A stretch of 64,000 nucleotides of DNA, from contig SHNJ01000007.1 in the NCBI GenBank assembly GCA_004295055.1, positions 73,081 to 137,080 of the forward strand. Direction: 5' to 3'. Each line of letters opens with the position of its first letter. Positions within the stretch are counted from its first letter, which is position 1. Source of the DNA: Alphaproteobacteria bacterium. GTDB taxonomy: Bacteria > Pseudomonadota > Alphaproteobacteria > SHNJ01. Of the stretch, positions 37,361-47,146 are shown piece after piece. The notes under the pieces were generated by a model. It was not told the origin of the DNA, searched no databases, and was given only the letters and a program-made list of their open reading frames with translations. The translations under genes and the position numbers were made by a program.

Positions 37361-39946
37361 TTGAAAAATAAGTCTTTTTTTACCCTCTATTTTTCGGGCC
37401 GTGTTCCTGTGCTGTTAAAAGGCGAAGAAATTAAAACCGATGATCCATCCAGCAAGCAAAATCGCGCGGTGCTGGTAAGTCCGATTCTATGGTTAACCGG
37501 CGCGACTTTGGCGGCCAGTTTTTATCTGGTATTTTATTATTTTTTTACCGAATACGATTTCCCAAGCGTTCTTTTGTATATTTTTACCGGCATTTCGGTT
37601 TCGCTGGCTATTATTCTATGGTTTAGCTTGCGTCAGTTCCAAATGCTGCAACAAAGTGTGGTCGAATCGCAGATTTATCGCGACGCGTTTGAATATGCTT
37701 ATGACGCGCAGTTAATCTTGAATCAAGACGGGCGAACTTTTTCTTCGAATTTTTCCGCGGGGCGTTTTGCCACCAATAAAAACGAACCTTTGCTCGCGGC
37801 GCTCGATAAAATGATGATCGAAGGCGACCGGGAAGGGCGCTATAACCTTTCTGTTTTGCGCAGCAGCGCCGCCGAAGGCAAAAGCGGCGAAGTTTCCACC
37901 CGTATTTATTCCCCGACCAATTATAATGCCAGAATGCTGGTTGCGGCTGCGCCGTTAAAGGGTTTTCGCGGCATGTCCGTTTGGCGTATCGTCCAAAACG
38001 CGCAGCGCAGCGGGACGCATCAGGATCTTGCGCCGGAATTAGCCGCCCTGCAATATGTGATTGATCAAGTTCCGATCGGTATTTTTACCCTGGGTGAAGA
38101 AGGTATTATGTTGGGTGTCAATAATACCATGGCGGAATGGTTGGGTTGGCCGCCGGGGGAAATCGTCAGCAAGAAATTGAAGATCGACGAGTTTTTGATT
38201 GCGCAAGGGGAAGGCGATGTTAATGCCGCTGAAGAAAAATCCAATCAACCGGAAATCTGTTCAGTCACTTTGAAAGATAAAAAAGGCGGCACGTTTAATG
38301 CCACCTTGGTAAAGGTAAATTTAAAACAAATCTCTGCTGATAAAACGCATGAAAATCCGATTCGCGGCGGTGGGCTGATTATACGGCATATGGATAACAA
38401 CCTTGCGTTGGAATCAGCCTTTAAACGTTCGCGTTTATTATTCAAACGCTTTTTCGAAGACGCGCCGGTGGGTATCGCTTTGGTTGATTTGAATGGCCGC
38501 ATTACCGAAGCAAACCGGACTTTCCGTAAAATGATGGAAAAAACCTTGGGTAAGGTCGAAGGCCGGGCGGTGGCCGATGCGATTAAAAAAGATGATCGCG
38601 AACGTCTTGCCAATATCTTCACTTTTGCCATGTCGTCCACCGACATGTTGCCAATTTTGGAAACCAAGGTTTTAACGGCACAGGAAAAAGTCGCTTCGTT
38701 GTATATCAGCCGGCTCGAAGACGAATATGGCGTCGTGGTCGGATTCGTTATCCACTTTGTCGATGTGACGGAGCAGAAGAACCTCGAAGTCCAATTCGTG
38801 CAATCGCAAAAAATGCAGGCGATCGGCCAACTGGCTGGGGGCATCGCGCACGATTTTAACAATATTCTTACGGCGATTATGGGATATTGCGATTTGTTAT
38901 TGCTGCGCCATCGTCCTGGCGATCAGTCGTTCGGCGATATTCAGCAGATCAAGCAAAATTCCACCCGTGCGGCTAATCTGGTGCGGCAATTGCTTGCGTT
39001 TTCGCGCCAACAGCAATTGAAGCCGCGTGTATTGAACATTACGGACATTCTGTCCGAATTGGCCAATTTGCTTCGCCGTTTGATTGGCGAGAATATCAAG
39101 CTGAACATTACCCATGGTCGCGATCTTGGTCTGTTAAAGGTCGACCAGGTGCAGTTCGAACAAGTGATCATCAATATGGTCGTTAACGCGCGCGACGCTA
39201 TGCCAAAAGGCGGCGAGCTGTCGGTGCGAACCCAAAACGCCACATTCGACGCGCCGGTAAATTATGGGTCTGAGGTAATTCCAGCCGGCGAATATGTGCA
39301 GATCGATGTCAAGGATACCGGCGTCGGCATTCCAAAGGAAAACCTGACCCGTATTTTCGAACCGTTCTTTACCACCAAAGGTCCGGGGGCGGGTACTGGC
39401 CTTGGGCTTTCAACAGTTTATGGTATCGTTAAACAAACCGGCGGATTTATTATCGTCGATTCCACCATCAATGTCGGCACGACATTCACCGTATTTTTAC
39501 CACGCCATATGGGCGGCGAAGAAGCGCAAGCAAAACCGGAAGCTGAAAGCGACGATCAGAATACCAGCGATTTGACCGGCGTCGGCACAATCTTGCTGGT
39601 CGAGGACGAAGACGCGGTTCGTTCGTTCAGCACCCGCGCACTGCGGAATAAAGGATACAAAGTGCTGGAGGCACCGAGCGGCGATGCGGCGTTAAAAATG
39701 ATTATCGAAGACCGTCCGAAATTGGATTTACTGGTGACCGACGTTATGATGCCGGGCATGGACGGCCCCGCCTTGATCCGCGAAGTGCGTAAAATCATGC
39801 CGGATATCAAAGTGGTTTGCATTTCCGGTTATGCCGAAGATACGTTGCGCGAAAAAATCGGCGGCGATCAAAATATTCATTTCTTGCCGAAACCGTTCAG
39901 CCTGAAACAGCTCGCCGGCAAGGTGAAAGAGCTGATGGGGGCGTAA
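37361..39946 (+). CDS. cckA: CckA-like membrane hybrid histidine kinase (TM region, PAS domains, HisKA/HATPase, C-terminal receiver)
   Basis: H-box [21 protein letters not shown], ATPase G-boxes, C-terminal REC ([11 protein letters not shown]...DVMMPGMDG...KPF); architecture as in Caulobacter CckA. Confidence 0.65.
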   Translation: MKNKSFFTLYFSGRVPVLLKGEEIKTDDPSSKQNRAVLVSPILWLTGATLAASFYLVFYYFFTEYDFPSVLLYIFTGISVSLAIILWFSLRQFQMLQQSVVESQIYRDAFEYAYDAQLILNQDGRTFSSNFSAGRFATNKNEPLLAALDKMMIEGDREGRYNLSVLRSSAAEGKSGEVSTRIYSPTNYNARMLVAAAPLKGFRGMSVWRIVQNAQRSGTHQDLAPELAALQYVIDQVPIGIFTLGEEGIMLGVNNTMAEWLGWPPGEIVSKKLKIDEFLIAQGEGDVNAAEEKSNQPEICSVTLKDKKGGTFNATLVKVNLKQISADKTHENPIRGGGLIIRHMDNNLALESAFKRSRLLFKRFFEDAPVGIALVDLNGRITEANRTFRKMMEKTLGKVEGRAVADAIKKDDRERLANIFTFAMSSTDMLPILETKVLTAQEKVASLYISRLEDEYGVVVGFVIHFVDVTEQKNLEVQFVQSQKMQAIGQLAGGIAHDFNNILTAIMGYCDLLLLRHRPGDQSFGDIQQIKQNSTRAANLVRQLLAFSRQQQLKPRVLNITDILSELANLLRRLIGENIKLNITHGRDLGLLKVDQVQFEQVIINMVVNARDAMPKGGELSVRTQNATFDAPVNYGSEVIPAGEYVQIDVKDTGVGIPKENLTRIFEPFFTTKGPGAGTGLGLSTVYGIVKQTGGFIIVDSTINVGTTFTVFLPRHMGGEEAQAKPEAESDDQNTSDLTGVGTILLVEDEDAVRSFSTRALRNKGYKVLEAPSGDAALKMIIEDRPKLDLLVTDVMMPGMDGPALIREVRKIMPDIKVVCISGYAEDTLREKIGGDQNIHFLPKPFSLKQLAGKVKELMGA

Positions 39947-39951
39947 TCCCG

Positions 39952-40854
39952 GTGCCTTTCATTCAACATTATATTTTGGATCCGTTGCTGGGCGCACTGG
40001 TAGCGATCTTGCAAATTATATTCTGGATTCTGCCATTCCGCGTATCGTCGGCGATTGGTGGTGGGTTGGCGCGGTTGATTGGCCCCAATCTAGCTATATC
40101 GCGCAAAGCGCAAAAGAATCTGCAATATGTTTGGCCAGATATGCCGCCCGAACGGCAGCAGGAAATAATTACGCGCATGTGGGACAATCTTGGCCGCAAT
40201 TTTGCGGAATATCCAGGTCTGGGCCGATTGCAATTTGGCAATATGATCCATGTGCATGGGGCAGAGGCTGTAAATTCAATTATTGGTAAAAGGCCAATTG
40301 TATTTGCCGCGGCGCATATCGGTAATTGGGAAACTATTCCTTATTTCTGGGCAAAGCAGGGATGGAAAGTCGATATTGTTTATCGCCGTGCGAATAATCG
40401 ATATGTGGATTGGGTGATACAATTTATCCGCTCGCGGACTGGTTTGACTTTTGCGGCAAAGGGAAGAGAAGCATCAAAACAAATTATTCAATCTTTATCA
40501 AAATCGTCCAGTGTTGCTCTGCTAATGGATCAGCGGATGAGCGATGGTGAGGAAATTGACTTCCTGGGTAAACCCGCAATGACCGGAACCGGGTGGATTA
40601 AGTTGGTATTGCGCAACAACGCTGCAATAGTTCCTGTGTATTGCGTCCGGGGCAGGGATCATGATCCATGTAAATTCGATATGATATACGACACACCGAT
40701 TCTGCCGGAACAATTAAACTTGCCGGCGGATTCCGCCGAGGCGGTACGGTTCGTTGCGGCGGTAGTCAATAAAAAATACGGCGAGTGGATTAGCGCTGGT
40801 CGCGGGGCCGACCAGTGGCTTTGGCTGCACCGGCGGTGGGGTCGCCTCGTTTAG
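39952..40854 (+). CDS. Lipid A biosynthesis lauroyl/myristoyl acyltransferase family (LpxL/HtrB-like)
   Basis: LpxL-family pattern (AAAHIGNWE motif region, acyltransferase core); the ORF-track start at 39817 overlaps cckA by 130 nt, so a GTG near 39952 is more plausible. Confidence 0.7.
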   Translation: MPFIQHYILDPLLGALVAILQIIFWILPFRVSSAIGGGLARLIGPNLAISRKAQKNLQYVWPDMPPERQQEIITRMWDNLGRNFAEYPGLGRLQFGNMIHVHGAEAVNSIIGKRPIVFAAAHIGNWETIPYFWAKQGWKVDIVYRRANNRYVDWVIQFIRSRTGLTFAAKGREASKQIIQSLSKSSSVALLMDQRMSDGEEIDFLGKPAMTGTGWIKLVLRNNAAIVPVYCVRGRDHDPCKFDMIYDTPILPEQLNLPADSAEAVRFVAAVVNKKYGEWISAGRGADQWLWLHRRWGRLV

Positions 40855-41509
40855 CGGATTTCTTCTCTGCATGAATTACGCGGAGGCGGTTTAATGCCTC
40901 TTGGCGTCTATCTCTTTGTCCGAGTATTTTATATGTATCCAGTAAAACAAGGCATAGTCTTTTATCGGCTGTTGCTAAAGATCCATGATATTGATCGGCT
41001 GTGCTTCTTAATTTAGCCCCCTGTTTTCCATAAATATATGTTTTTAATAATATGGTTAAGGCATGGCCATCGTTGGGGTCAAGGGCCAATAGATCGAAAC
41101 ATATCGCCTCTGCTTCGCCGAATTTCTGCATTGCAAGCAGCAGGCTGGCTTTTTTGGTTTTAATTTTAACGGGTAATTTGGGATCGTCCTCTGATCTGTT
41201 ATGCGGATGAGCAAGCAATTTATCATATAATTGAAGGCCCTTTGTTCCATAGCCGGTTCTCAATTCATCGTGAGCAGGCCCTAAGTTTTTTAAATGGGAA
41301 CAAGCCATTTGGCAGGCGGTTGCATAAATCAATATAAATTCAAAATCTTCTGCTGATTCAGGAGTGGTTTCATTCGATTCCCCTAAGGCTAATGCATCCT
41401 TTAGGGGCTCTATATTCCACTTACCGTCTTTATTGCGATTGTGTGTTACGCGGAATAATAACTTACGCATTTGTTCGGCCAAAGGATTTGAATTTCTTTT
41501 TTCGCCCAT
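40790..41509 (-). CDS. Hypothetical TPR-like protein in an AT-rich segment
   Basis: Helical-repeat composition; the gene body is visibly AT-rich relative to its neighbours; the 3' end overlaps the lpxL-like 3' end by about 65 nt. Confidence 0.35.
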   Translation of the reverse strand: MGEKRNSNPLAEQMRKLLFRVTHNRNKDGKWNIEPLKDALALGESNETTPESAEDFEFILIYATACQMACSHLKNLGPAHDELRTGYGTKGLQLYDKLLAHPHNRSEDDPKLPVKIKTKKASLLLAMQKFGEAEAICFDLLALDPNDGHALTILLKTYIYGKQGAKLRSTADQYHGSLATADKRLCLVLLDTYKILGQRDRRQEALNRLRVIHAEKKSAKRGDPTAGAAKATGRPRDQR

Positions 41510-41582
41510 ATTGTATCTTTTTAATAAAAGTCACAGTTTTCTACGACTTCTTCCTAAGCTTAAATTCTTCGCTTGTCAAATA

Positions 41583-41597
41583 GAACAAAACGTGTAC
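41583..41597 (+). promoter_or_regulatory. Possible alphaproteobacterial LexA (SOS) box GAAC-N7-GTAC upstream of recA
   Basis: GAACAAAACGTGTAC about 50 nt upstream of the recA ATG; one mismatch to GAAC-N7-GAAC. Confidence 0.3.
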
Positions 41598-41648
41598 ACT
41601 CGGATTATTCGATAAGTCCTATTCATCATCCATCACAGGGGAATAATC

Positions 41649-42761
41649 ATGGCAAATCCTTCACTCCGCGCCGTTAGCAGCGATAAAGAAAGCAAGAAAA
41701 CAGCGTCATCCGACAATCCTGAGAAAAAACGCGCGCTGGAAGCTGCGTTGTCCCAAATTGAACGTTCTTTCGGTAAGGGTTCGATTATGAAATTGGGGAC
41801 CCAAGATAAAATCGAAGTGGAAACGATTCCAACAGGCTCTTTGGGTTTGGATCTGGCGCTGGGTATTGGTGGTTTGGCCAAAGGACGTATCATTGAAATT
41901 TATGGCCCGGAAAGTTCGGGTAAAACCACACTCGCGCTGCATGTCGTTGCTGAAGCGCAGAAAAAAGGTGGTACGGCTGCGTTTGTCGATGCTGAACACG
42001 CACTCGATACCGCTTATGCGCAGAAACTGGGTGTTGACATCAATAATTTGCTGATATCGCAGCCTGATTCGGGCGAACAGGCGCTTGAAATCGCCGATAC
42101 GCTGGTTCGTTCCGGCGCGGTTGATATTTTGGTGATCGATTCGGTTGCGGCGCTTGTCCCTCGCGCGGAACTTGAAGGCGAAATGGGCGATTCGCACATG
42201 GGATTGCATGCGCGCTTAATGTCTCAAGCCCTGCGGAAATTGACGGGCTCGATCGCGCGTTCCAATACCACGGTAATTTTCATCAATCAAATCCGTTTGA
42301 AAATCGGCGTGATGTTCGGCAATCCGGAAACCACCACCGGCGGCAATGCGTTGAAATTCTATGCCTCGGTCCGTTTGGATATCCGCCGTACCGGCGCGAT
42401 TAAAGCTGGCGAAGAAATCGTTGGATCTTCCACCCGCGTTAAGGTTGTAAAAAACAAACTGGCGCCGCCATTCCGTACCGTCGAATTCGATATTATGTAT
42501 GGCGAAGGTATTTCCAAAACCGGCGAATTGTTGGATTTGGGCGTAACCGCCAATCTGGTCGAAAAATCTGGCGCATGGTTTTCTTATAAAAACAACCGTA
42601 TTGGCCAGGGACGTGAAAACGCCAAGCAGTATCTGAAGGATAATCCAAAGATCGCTGCGGAATTGGAGGCTGCGATTCGCGCCAATGCCGCCGCCGTGGC
42701 CAATAAAATGACCACGGGCCCGGATGCCGGCGATGACAAAGATAATGCCAGTGATGATTAA
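41649..42761 (+). CDS. recA: Recombinase RecA
   Basis: Walker [13 protein letters not shown], full-length RecA conservation. Confidence 0.95.
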   Translation: MANPSLRAVSSDKESKKTASSDNPEKKRALEAALSQIERSFGKGSIMKLGTQDKIEVETIPTGSLGLDLALGIGGLAKGRIIEIYGPESSGKTTLALHVVAEAQKKGGTAAFVDAEHALDTAYAQKLGVDINNLLISQPDSGEQALEIADTLVRSGAVDILVIDSVAALVPRAELEGEMGDSHMGLHARLMSQALRKLTGSIARSNTTVIFINQIRLKIGVMFGNPETTTGGNALKFYASVRLDIRRTGAIKAGEEIVGSSTRVKVVKNKLAPPFRTVEFDIMYGEGISKTGELLDLGVTANLVEKSGAWFSYKNNRIGQGRENAKQYLKDNPKIAAELEAAIRANAAAVANKMTTGPDAGDDKDNASDD

Positions 42762-42768
42762 GTAAATT

Positions 42769-42818
42769 CCAGGCGGCCGGCCGGTTGCAGGACCGGCTAA
42801 TTAGCCGCCTGGTTTTCC
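42769..42818 (+). terminator. Rho-independent terminator after recA (CCAGGCGGC...GCCGCCTGG + TTTT)
   Basis: 9-bp GC-rich stem with internal CCGG palindromes followed by TTTTCC. Confidence 0.5.
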
Positions 42819-42876
42819 TAAGTCTCAATTCTAGATCATATGTATGAAATTCATGGCTTCTTGCAGCTGCCATGAT

Positions 42877-42917
42877 AAGCGGAAGCCTTTCCCTGTAGGG
42901 CTTCCGCTTTTTATTTT
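42877..42917 (+). terminator. Second, strong rho-independent terminator (11-bp perfect stem AAGCGGAAGCC/GGCTTCCGCTT + TTTTTATTTT)
   Basis: Perfect stem, 11-nt loop and U-tract read directly from the sequence. Confidence 0.6.
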
Positions 42918-43041
42918 AATGAAAAAAGAGATCTACATACCAAAGCGTTATTGCCACATTAGAATTTTGCCACAATCAATTGAAATATATAAATAAAACC
43001 TAAAAATAATTGATTTAGGGTGCTGTTTATGCTATATACAA

Positions 43042-43344
43042 ATGATAATAAGAAAAACCAAGTTAGGAGTGCGGGTGCAAAATCAAATTGTGGGGCAAGT
43101 TTCTGGCGGCTTTGCCAATGTGGATGCTGCCTTTAATTCTTATGCTTTTGGGTACAATAATTCAACTGCGGCCCCAAATTTTTTGACCGCAGGGAATATG
43201 GGATCTGTTTCTACCGTACCAGGCTTTACGGTATCCAACAACGCAGCGGATATAATTGGCGTGCCTTCTCCTGGCGCGATAGCGCTGGTTCTTATCGGTA
43301 CCGTAGTGGCATTGCGTGGCCGCAAACGTTCTAACAGCCGTTAA
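43042..43344 (+). CDS. Small hypothetical protein with PEP-CTERM-like C-terminal tail (VPSPGAIALVLIGTVVALRGRKR)
   Basis: C-terminal Pro-x-Pro motif, hydrophobic helix and Arg/Lys cluster; no N-terminal signal peptide found, so the call is weak. Confidence 0.3.
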   Translation: MIIRKTKLGVRVQNQIVGQVSGGFANVDAAFNSYAFGYNNSTAAPNFLTAGNMGSVSTVPGFTVSNNAADIIGVPSPGAIALVLIGTVVALRGRKRSNSR

Positions 43345-43430
43345 TCAATAAAGCTTGAAAACCTGCGGCAAATACTGCAATTTAGCGGCCTTAATGAATT
43401 ATAAGCCCGTTTACCATTGCAGGATTACCG

Positions 43431-46163
43431 ATGCTCGATAAAACCTACAGCCCCGCCGACATTGAAAAGAAACATTACGAACGCGCCGAACAGTCCGGCG
43501 CTTTTGCCGCGCATCCGGGATCGATCAAAAAGCCCTATACCATTATGATGCCGCCTCCCAATGTGACCGGCAATTTGCACATGGGCCATGCGCTGACTTT
43601 TTCGATTCAAGATATTTTGATCCGGTATTACCGCCGAGCCAACCGCGATGCGTTATGGATGCCAGGCACGGATCACGCGGGGATTGCCACGCAAATGGTG
43701 GTCGAACGCCAATTGGCCGAACAAAAAGTAACGCGCCATGATTTAGGCCGGGAAAAATTCCTTGAAAAGGTATGGCATTGGAAAGAAGAATCGGGCGGGG
43801 CGATAACGCGTCAATTGCGTCGCCTTGGCGCCAGCGCCGACTGGAACCGGGAGCGTTTTACGCTGGATGACGGTCTTTCCGCCGCTGTGCGCAAGGTGTT
43901 CGTCGAATTGCACAAACAAAAATTGATTTACCGCGATAAACGCCTGGTGAACTGGGATCCAAAATTGCAAACCGCGATTTCGGATCTGGAGGTTGAGCAA
44001 AGGCCAACCAAAGGCAAGTTATGGTATTTGCATTATCCATTAGTTGGCGAGCAAGGCCATATCACCATTGCTACCACGCGTCCCGAATCGATGCTGGGCG
44101 GCGATGCGGCGGTTGCGGTACATCCCGAAGACGACCGGTATAAAAAACTGATCGGCAAAAAAGTCAAATTGCCAATGGTAGATTGTGTACTGCCCATTAT
44201 TGCCGATGAATATGTCGACCGGGAAAAAGGCAGCGGCGCCGTGAAAATTTCGCCGGCGCACGATTTCAACGATTTTGAAATCGCCAAACGCCATAATTTG
44301 CCGATGCCGAATGTATTCGATAAAACCGCGCATCTGAATGAATTGGCGCCAACCGAATATCGCGGCATGGACCGTTTCAAGGCGCGCGAAAAATTTATTG
44401 CGGAGATGGAGTCGCTTGGATTGCTGGAAAAGATCGAAGACAATGCTATGGTCATTCCGCACGGTGACCGTTCCGGCGTGGTCATCGAACCGTTCCTGAC
44501 CGATCAATGGTATTGCGATGCGGTGACATTGGCCAAACCCGCGATCGAGGCCGTGCGTTCTGGCAAAATCAAATTCGTGCCGCAAAAATGGGAAAATACC
44601 TATTACAGCTGGATGGAAAATATTCAGCCTTGGTGTATTTCGCGCCAATTATGGTGGGGCCACCAAATCCCGGCCTGGTATGGACCGGACGGGCATGTGT
44701 TTGTCGGCATGGATGATGCGGATGTCATTAAACAGGCGGAAAAACATTACAACAATACCGAAGTTTATGTGCAGAATGATCCGAATAAACCTGTTCAACC
44801 GCGCACCGCCAACACCGATAAAATTATCATTCTTAAACGCGATCAAGACGTTCTGGATACTTGGTTTTCATCGGCGCTGTGGCCGTTCTCAACGCTTGGT
44901 TGGGAAAATGGCAAGGATGATCGCGCCAAATGGGATGAATTGAAACGGTACTATCCGACCGATGTGCTGGTGACCGGATTCGATATTATTTTCTTCTGGG
45001 TTGCGCGCATGGTGATGATGGGCATGCACTTTATCAAGGACGTGCCGTTCCGCGAAATTTATATTCACGCCCTGGTGCGCGACGCCAAGGGACAAAAAAT
45101 GTCCAAGACCAAAGGCAATGTGATCGATCCATTATCGACCATAGACGAATTCGGATGCGATGCGTTGCGGTTTACATTGGCGGCATTGTCGGTGCCGGGC
45201 AGGGATATTAAAATGTCCACCGACCGTATTTCCGGATACCGTAGTTTCGCAACCAAATTATGGAACGCTGCGCGGTTCTGTGAAATGAATGGCTGCGCGT
45301 TCGATGCGAATTTCGATCCCAAAACCGCAACCAACGTGATCAATAAATGGATCATCGGCGAGATCGTTTCGTTGGAACAGAAACTGTCCAAGGCGATTCG
45401 CGATTACCGTTTTGACGAAGCCGCCAACGTGATTTATCACACGACTTGGGGCAGTTTCTGCGATTGGTATTTGGAATTCACCAAACCAATTCTGGCGGGC
45501 GAAGATATTATCGCCGCATCTGAAGTACGCAAAACTACGGCCTGGGCACTGGCGCAATTGGTGCATATGCTGAACCCATTCATGCCGTTCATTACCGAAG
45601 AGTTATCGGAAAAATTATCGTTCAATCATGATCGCCCATTAATTACCGAGCCATGGCCGAAATACGATACGATTAAAGTAGATGCGAACGCCGCGGATGA
45701 AGTCAATTGGCTGATCGATGTGATCAGCACCGTTCGCACGTTGCGCATGGAACTGAATATCTCGCCATCCGCGCCATTGTCTTTACTGTTTAAGGATATT
45801 AGTCCGGCGAAAAAAGCGCAGGCGGATCAATATCGCGATGTGATCATGCGTTTGGCCAGATTAAAAGATATAAATTATTTGGCTGGCGATTTGCCCAAAG
45901 GCGCAGTGGTTGGTATCGTGCGCGATGCGACCATCGTGTTGCCGGTCGCAGATGTGATCGACCTTGGCGTTGAACGCGCGCGTTTGGAAAAAGAAATGAA
46001 AAAACTGGCGGACGAGTTGGCCAAATTAGATGCCAAGCTGAACAACCCCAAATTCATGGAAAACGCCGCCGAAGACGCGGTCGAGGAAGTTCGCGAAAAA
46101 CGCGCCGAGGCGGTGGAAATTAAAGAAAAACTGGAATCGGCCCTGAAGCGGATTGCCGGATAA
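43431..46163 (+). CDS. valS: Valine--tRNA ligase
   Basis: HIGH (PPPNVTGNLHMGHAL) and KMSKS (KMSKTKGNVIDP) motifs, C-terminal coiled coil. Confidence 0.95.
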   Translation: MLDKTYSPADIEKKHYERAEQSGAFAAHPGSIKKPYTIMMPPPNVTGNLHMGHALTFSIQDILIRYYRRANRDALWMPGTDHAGIATQMVVERQLAEQKVTRHDLGREKFLEKVWHWKEESGGAITRQLRRLGASADWNRERFTLDDGLSAAVRKVFVELHKQKLIYRDKRLVNWDPKLQTAISDLEVEQRPTKGKLWYLHYPLVGEQGHITIATTRPESMLGGDAAVAVHPEDDRYKKLIGKKVKLPMVDCVLPIIADEYVDREKGSGAVKISPAHDFNDFEIAKRHNLPMPNVFDKTAHLNELAPTEYRGMDRFKAREKFIAEMESLGLLEKIEDNAMVIPHGDRSGVVIEPFLTDQWYCDAVTLAKPAIEAVRSGKIKFVPQKWENTYYSWMENIQPWCISRQLWWGHQIPAWYGPDGHVFVGMDDADVIKQAEKHYNNTEVYVQNDPNKPVQPRTANTDKIIILKRDQDVLDTWFSSALWPFSTLGWENGKDDRAKWDELKRYYPTDVLVTGFDIIFFWVARMVMMGMHFIKDVPFREIYIHALVRDAKGQKMSKTKGNVIDPLSTIDEFGCDALRFTLAALSVPGRDIKMSTDRISGYRSFATKLWNAARFCEMNGCAFDANFDPKTATNVINKWIIGEIVSLEQKLSKAIRDYRFDEAANVIYHTTWGSFCDWYLEFTKPILAGEDIIAASEVRKTTAWALAQLVHMLNPFMPFITEELSEKLSFNHDRPLITEPWPKYDTIKVDANAADEVNWLIDVISTVRTLRMELNISPSAPLSLLFKDISPAKKAQADQYRDVIMRLARLKDINYLAGDLPKGAVVGIVRDATIVLPVADVIDLGVERARLEKEMKKLADELAKLDAKLNNPKFMENAAEDAVEEVREKRAEAVEIKEKLESALKRIAG

Positions 46164-46165
46164 GA

Positions 46166-47134
46166 TTAAGAATCCAGCAAGGCTTGCACATGCGCCTTGG
46201 CACTGGCGGCGCTCGCGGCGATATCGTAACCGCCTTCTAATACCGACATGATTCTGCCTTTGGCATGTTTCTGCGCTAGGGAAATAAGGTCTTTGGTAAC
46301 GGTATAATAATCTTGGGTTTCTAAATTTTGCGATCCTTTGGGGTCGTCTTTGTGAGCGTCAAACCCGGCTGAGATAACAATAAATTCAGGCGCGAATTTA
46401 TCGATCGCCGGCAAAATTTTGGTTTGCCAGCTTTGCATCCACGCATCGCGTGAAATATCGGGTTTTACAGGAACATTAATAATATTGCCGACGCCGGTTT
46501 CATGTTCGTATCCGCTTTCTGGCCAAAGAGGCAATTGGTGGATGCTGGCAACCAGTACAGAATTATCTTTTTCAAAAATTTGTTGCGTACCATTGGCGTG
46601 ATGCACGTCAAAATCCACAATCGCTACTTTTTTGATTTTATATTGTTGCTGCGCATAGCGTGCGGCGATAGCAGCATTGGCGAATACACAAAATCCCATC
46701 GATTTATGGGTCAGGGCATGATGGCCAGGTGGACGCGTGGCCGCAAAAGCGGTTTTGGCCTGGTTCTTAAAAATCAAATCTACTGCATGGCAAGATGCGC
46801 CGACACTGCGCCACAAGGCTTCGCCCGATGCAGGGCTTAGGGTAGTGACTTCACCACCGTCATCATTGGAAACAACTTCGTTAATCTCAACCGCTTTATA
46901 TCCTTGGGTTGGGACATTCTGAAAAATGAAATCCATATATTCCGGCGTGTGGGCCAGCAATATTTGTTCCTTATTTCCGCGTGGGGCTTCGATCCATTGA
47001 ATATTTTGATTGGCGATTTCTTTCAAAGCTTTTTCAATCGCTACCAAACGTTCCGAACGTTCAGAATGATTTGGCCCCGGATCATGAGCGATGCAGGCCG
47101 AATGATGAATAATAGCGAGTTTAGACATATACAA
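46166..47134 (-). CDS. Histone deacetylase-family amidohydrolase (AcuC/acetylpolyamine amidohydrolase-like)
   Basis: HDAC motifs (RPPGHHA, VDFDVHHANGTQ, SAGFDAHKDDP, EGGY). Confidence 0.8.
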   Translation of the reverse strand: MYMSKLAIIHHSACIAHDPGPNHSERSERLVAIEKALKEIANQNIQWIEAPRGNKEQILLAHTPEYMDFIFQNVPTQGYKAVEINEVVSNDDGGEVTTLSPASGEALWRSVGASCHAVDLIFKNQAKTAFAATRPPGHHALTHKSMGFCVFANAAIAARYAQQQYKIKKVAIVDFDVHHANGTQQIFEKDNSVLVASIHQLPLWPESGYEHETGVGNIINVPVKPDISRDAWMQSWQTKILPAIDKFAPEFIVISAGFDAHKDDPKGSQNLETQDYYTVTKDLISLAQKHAKGRIMSVLEGGYDIAASAASAKAHVQALLDS

Positions 47135-47146
47135 TAAAGTTATAGA

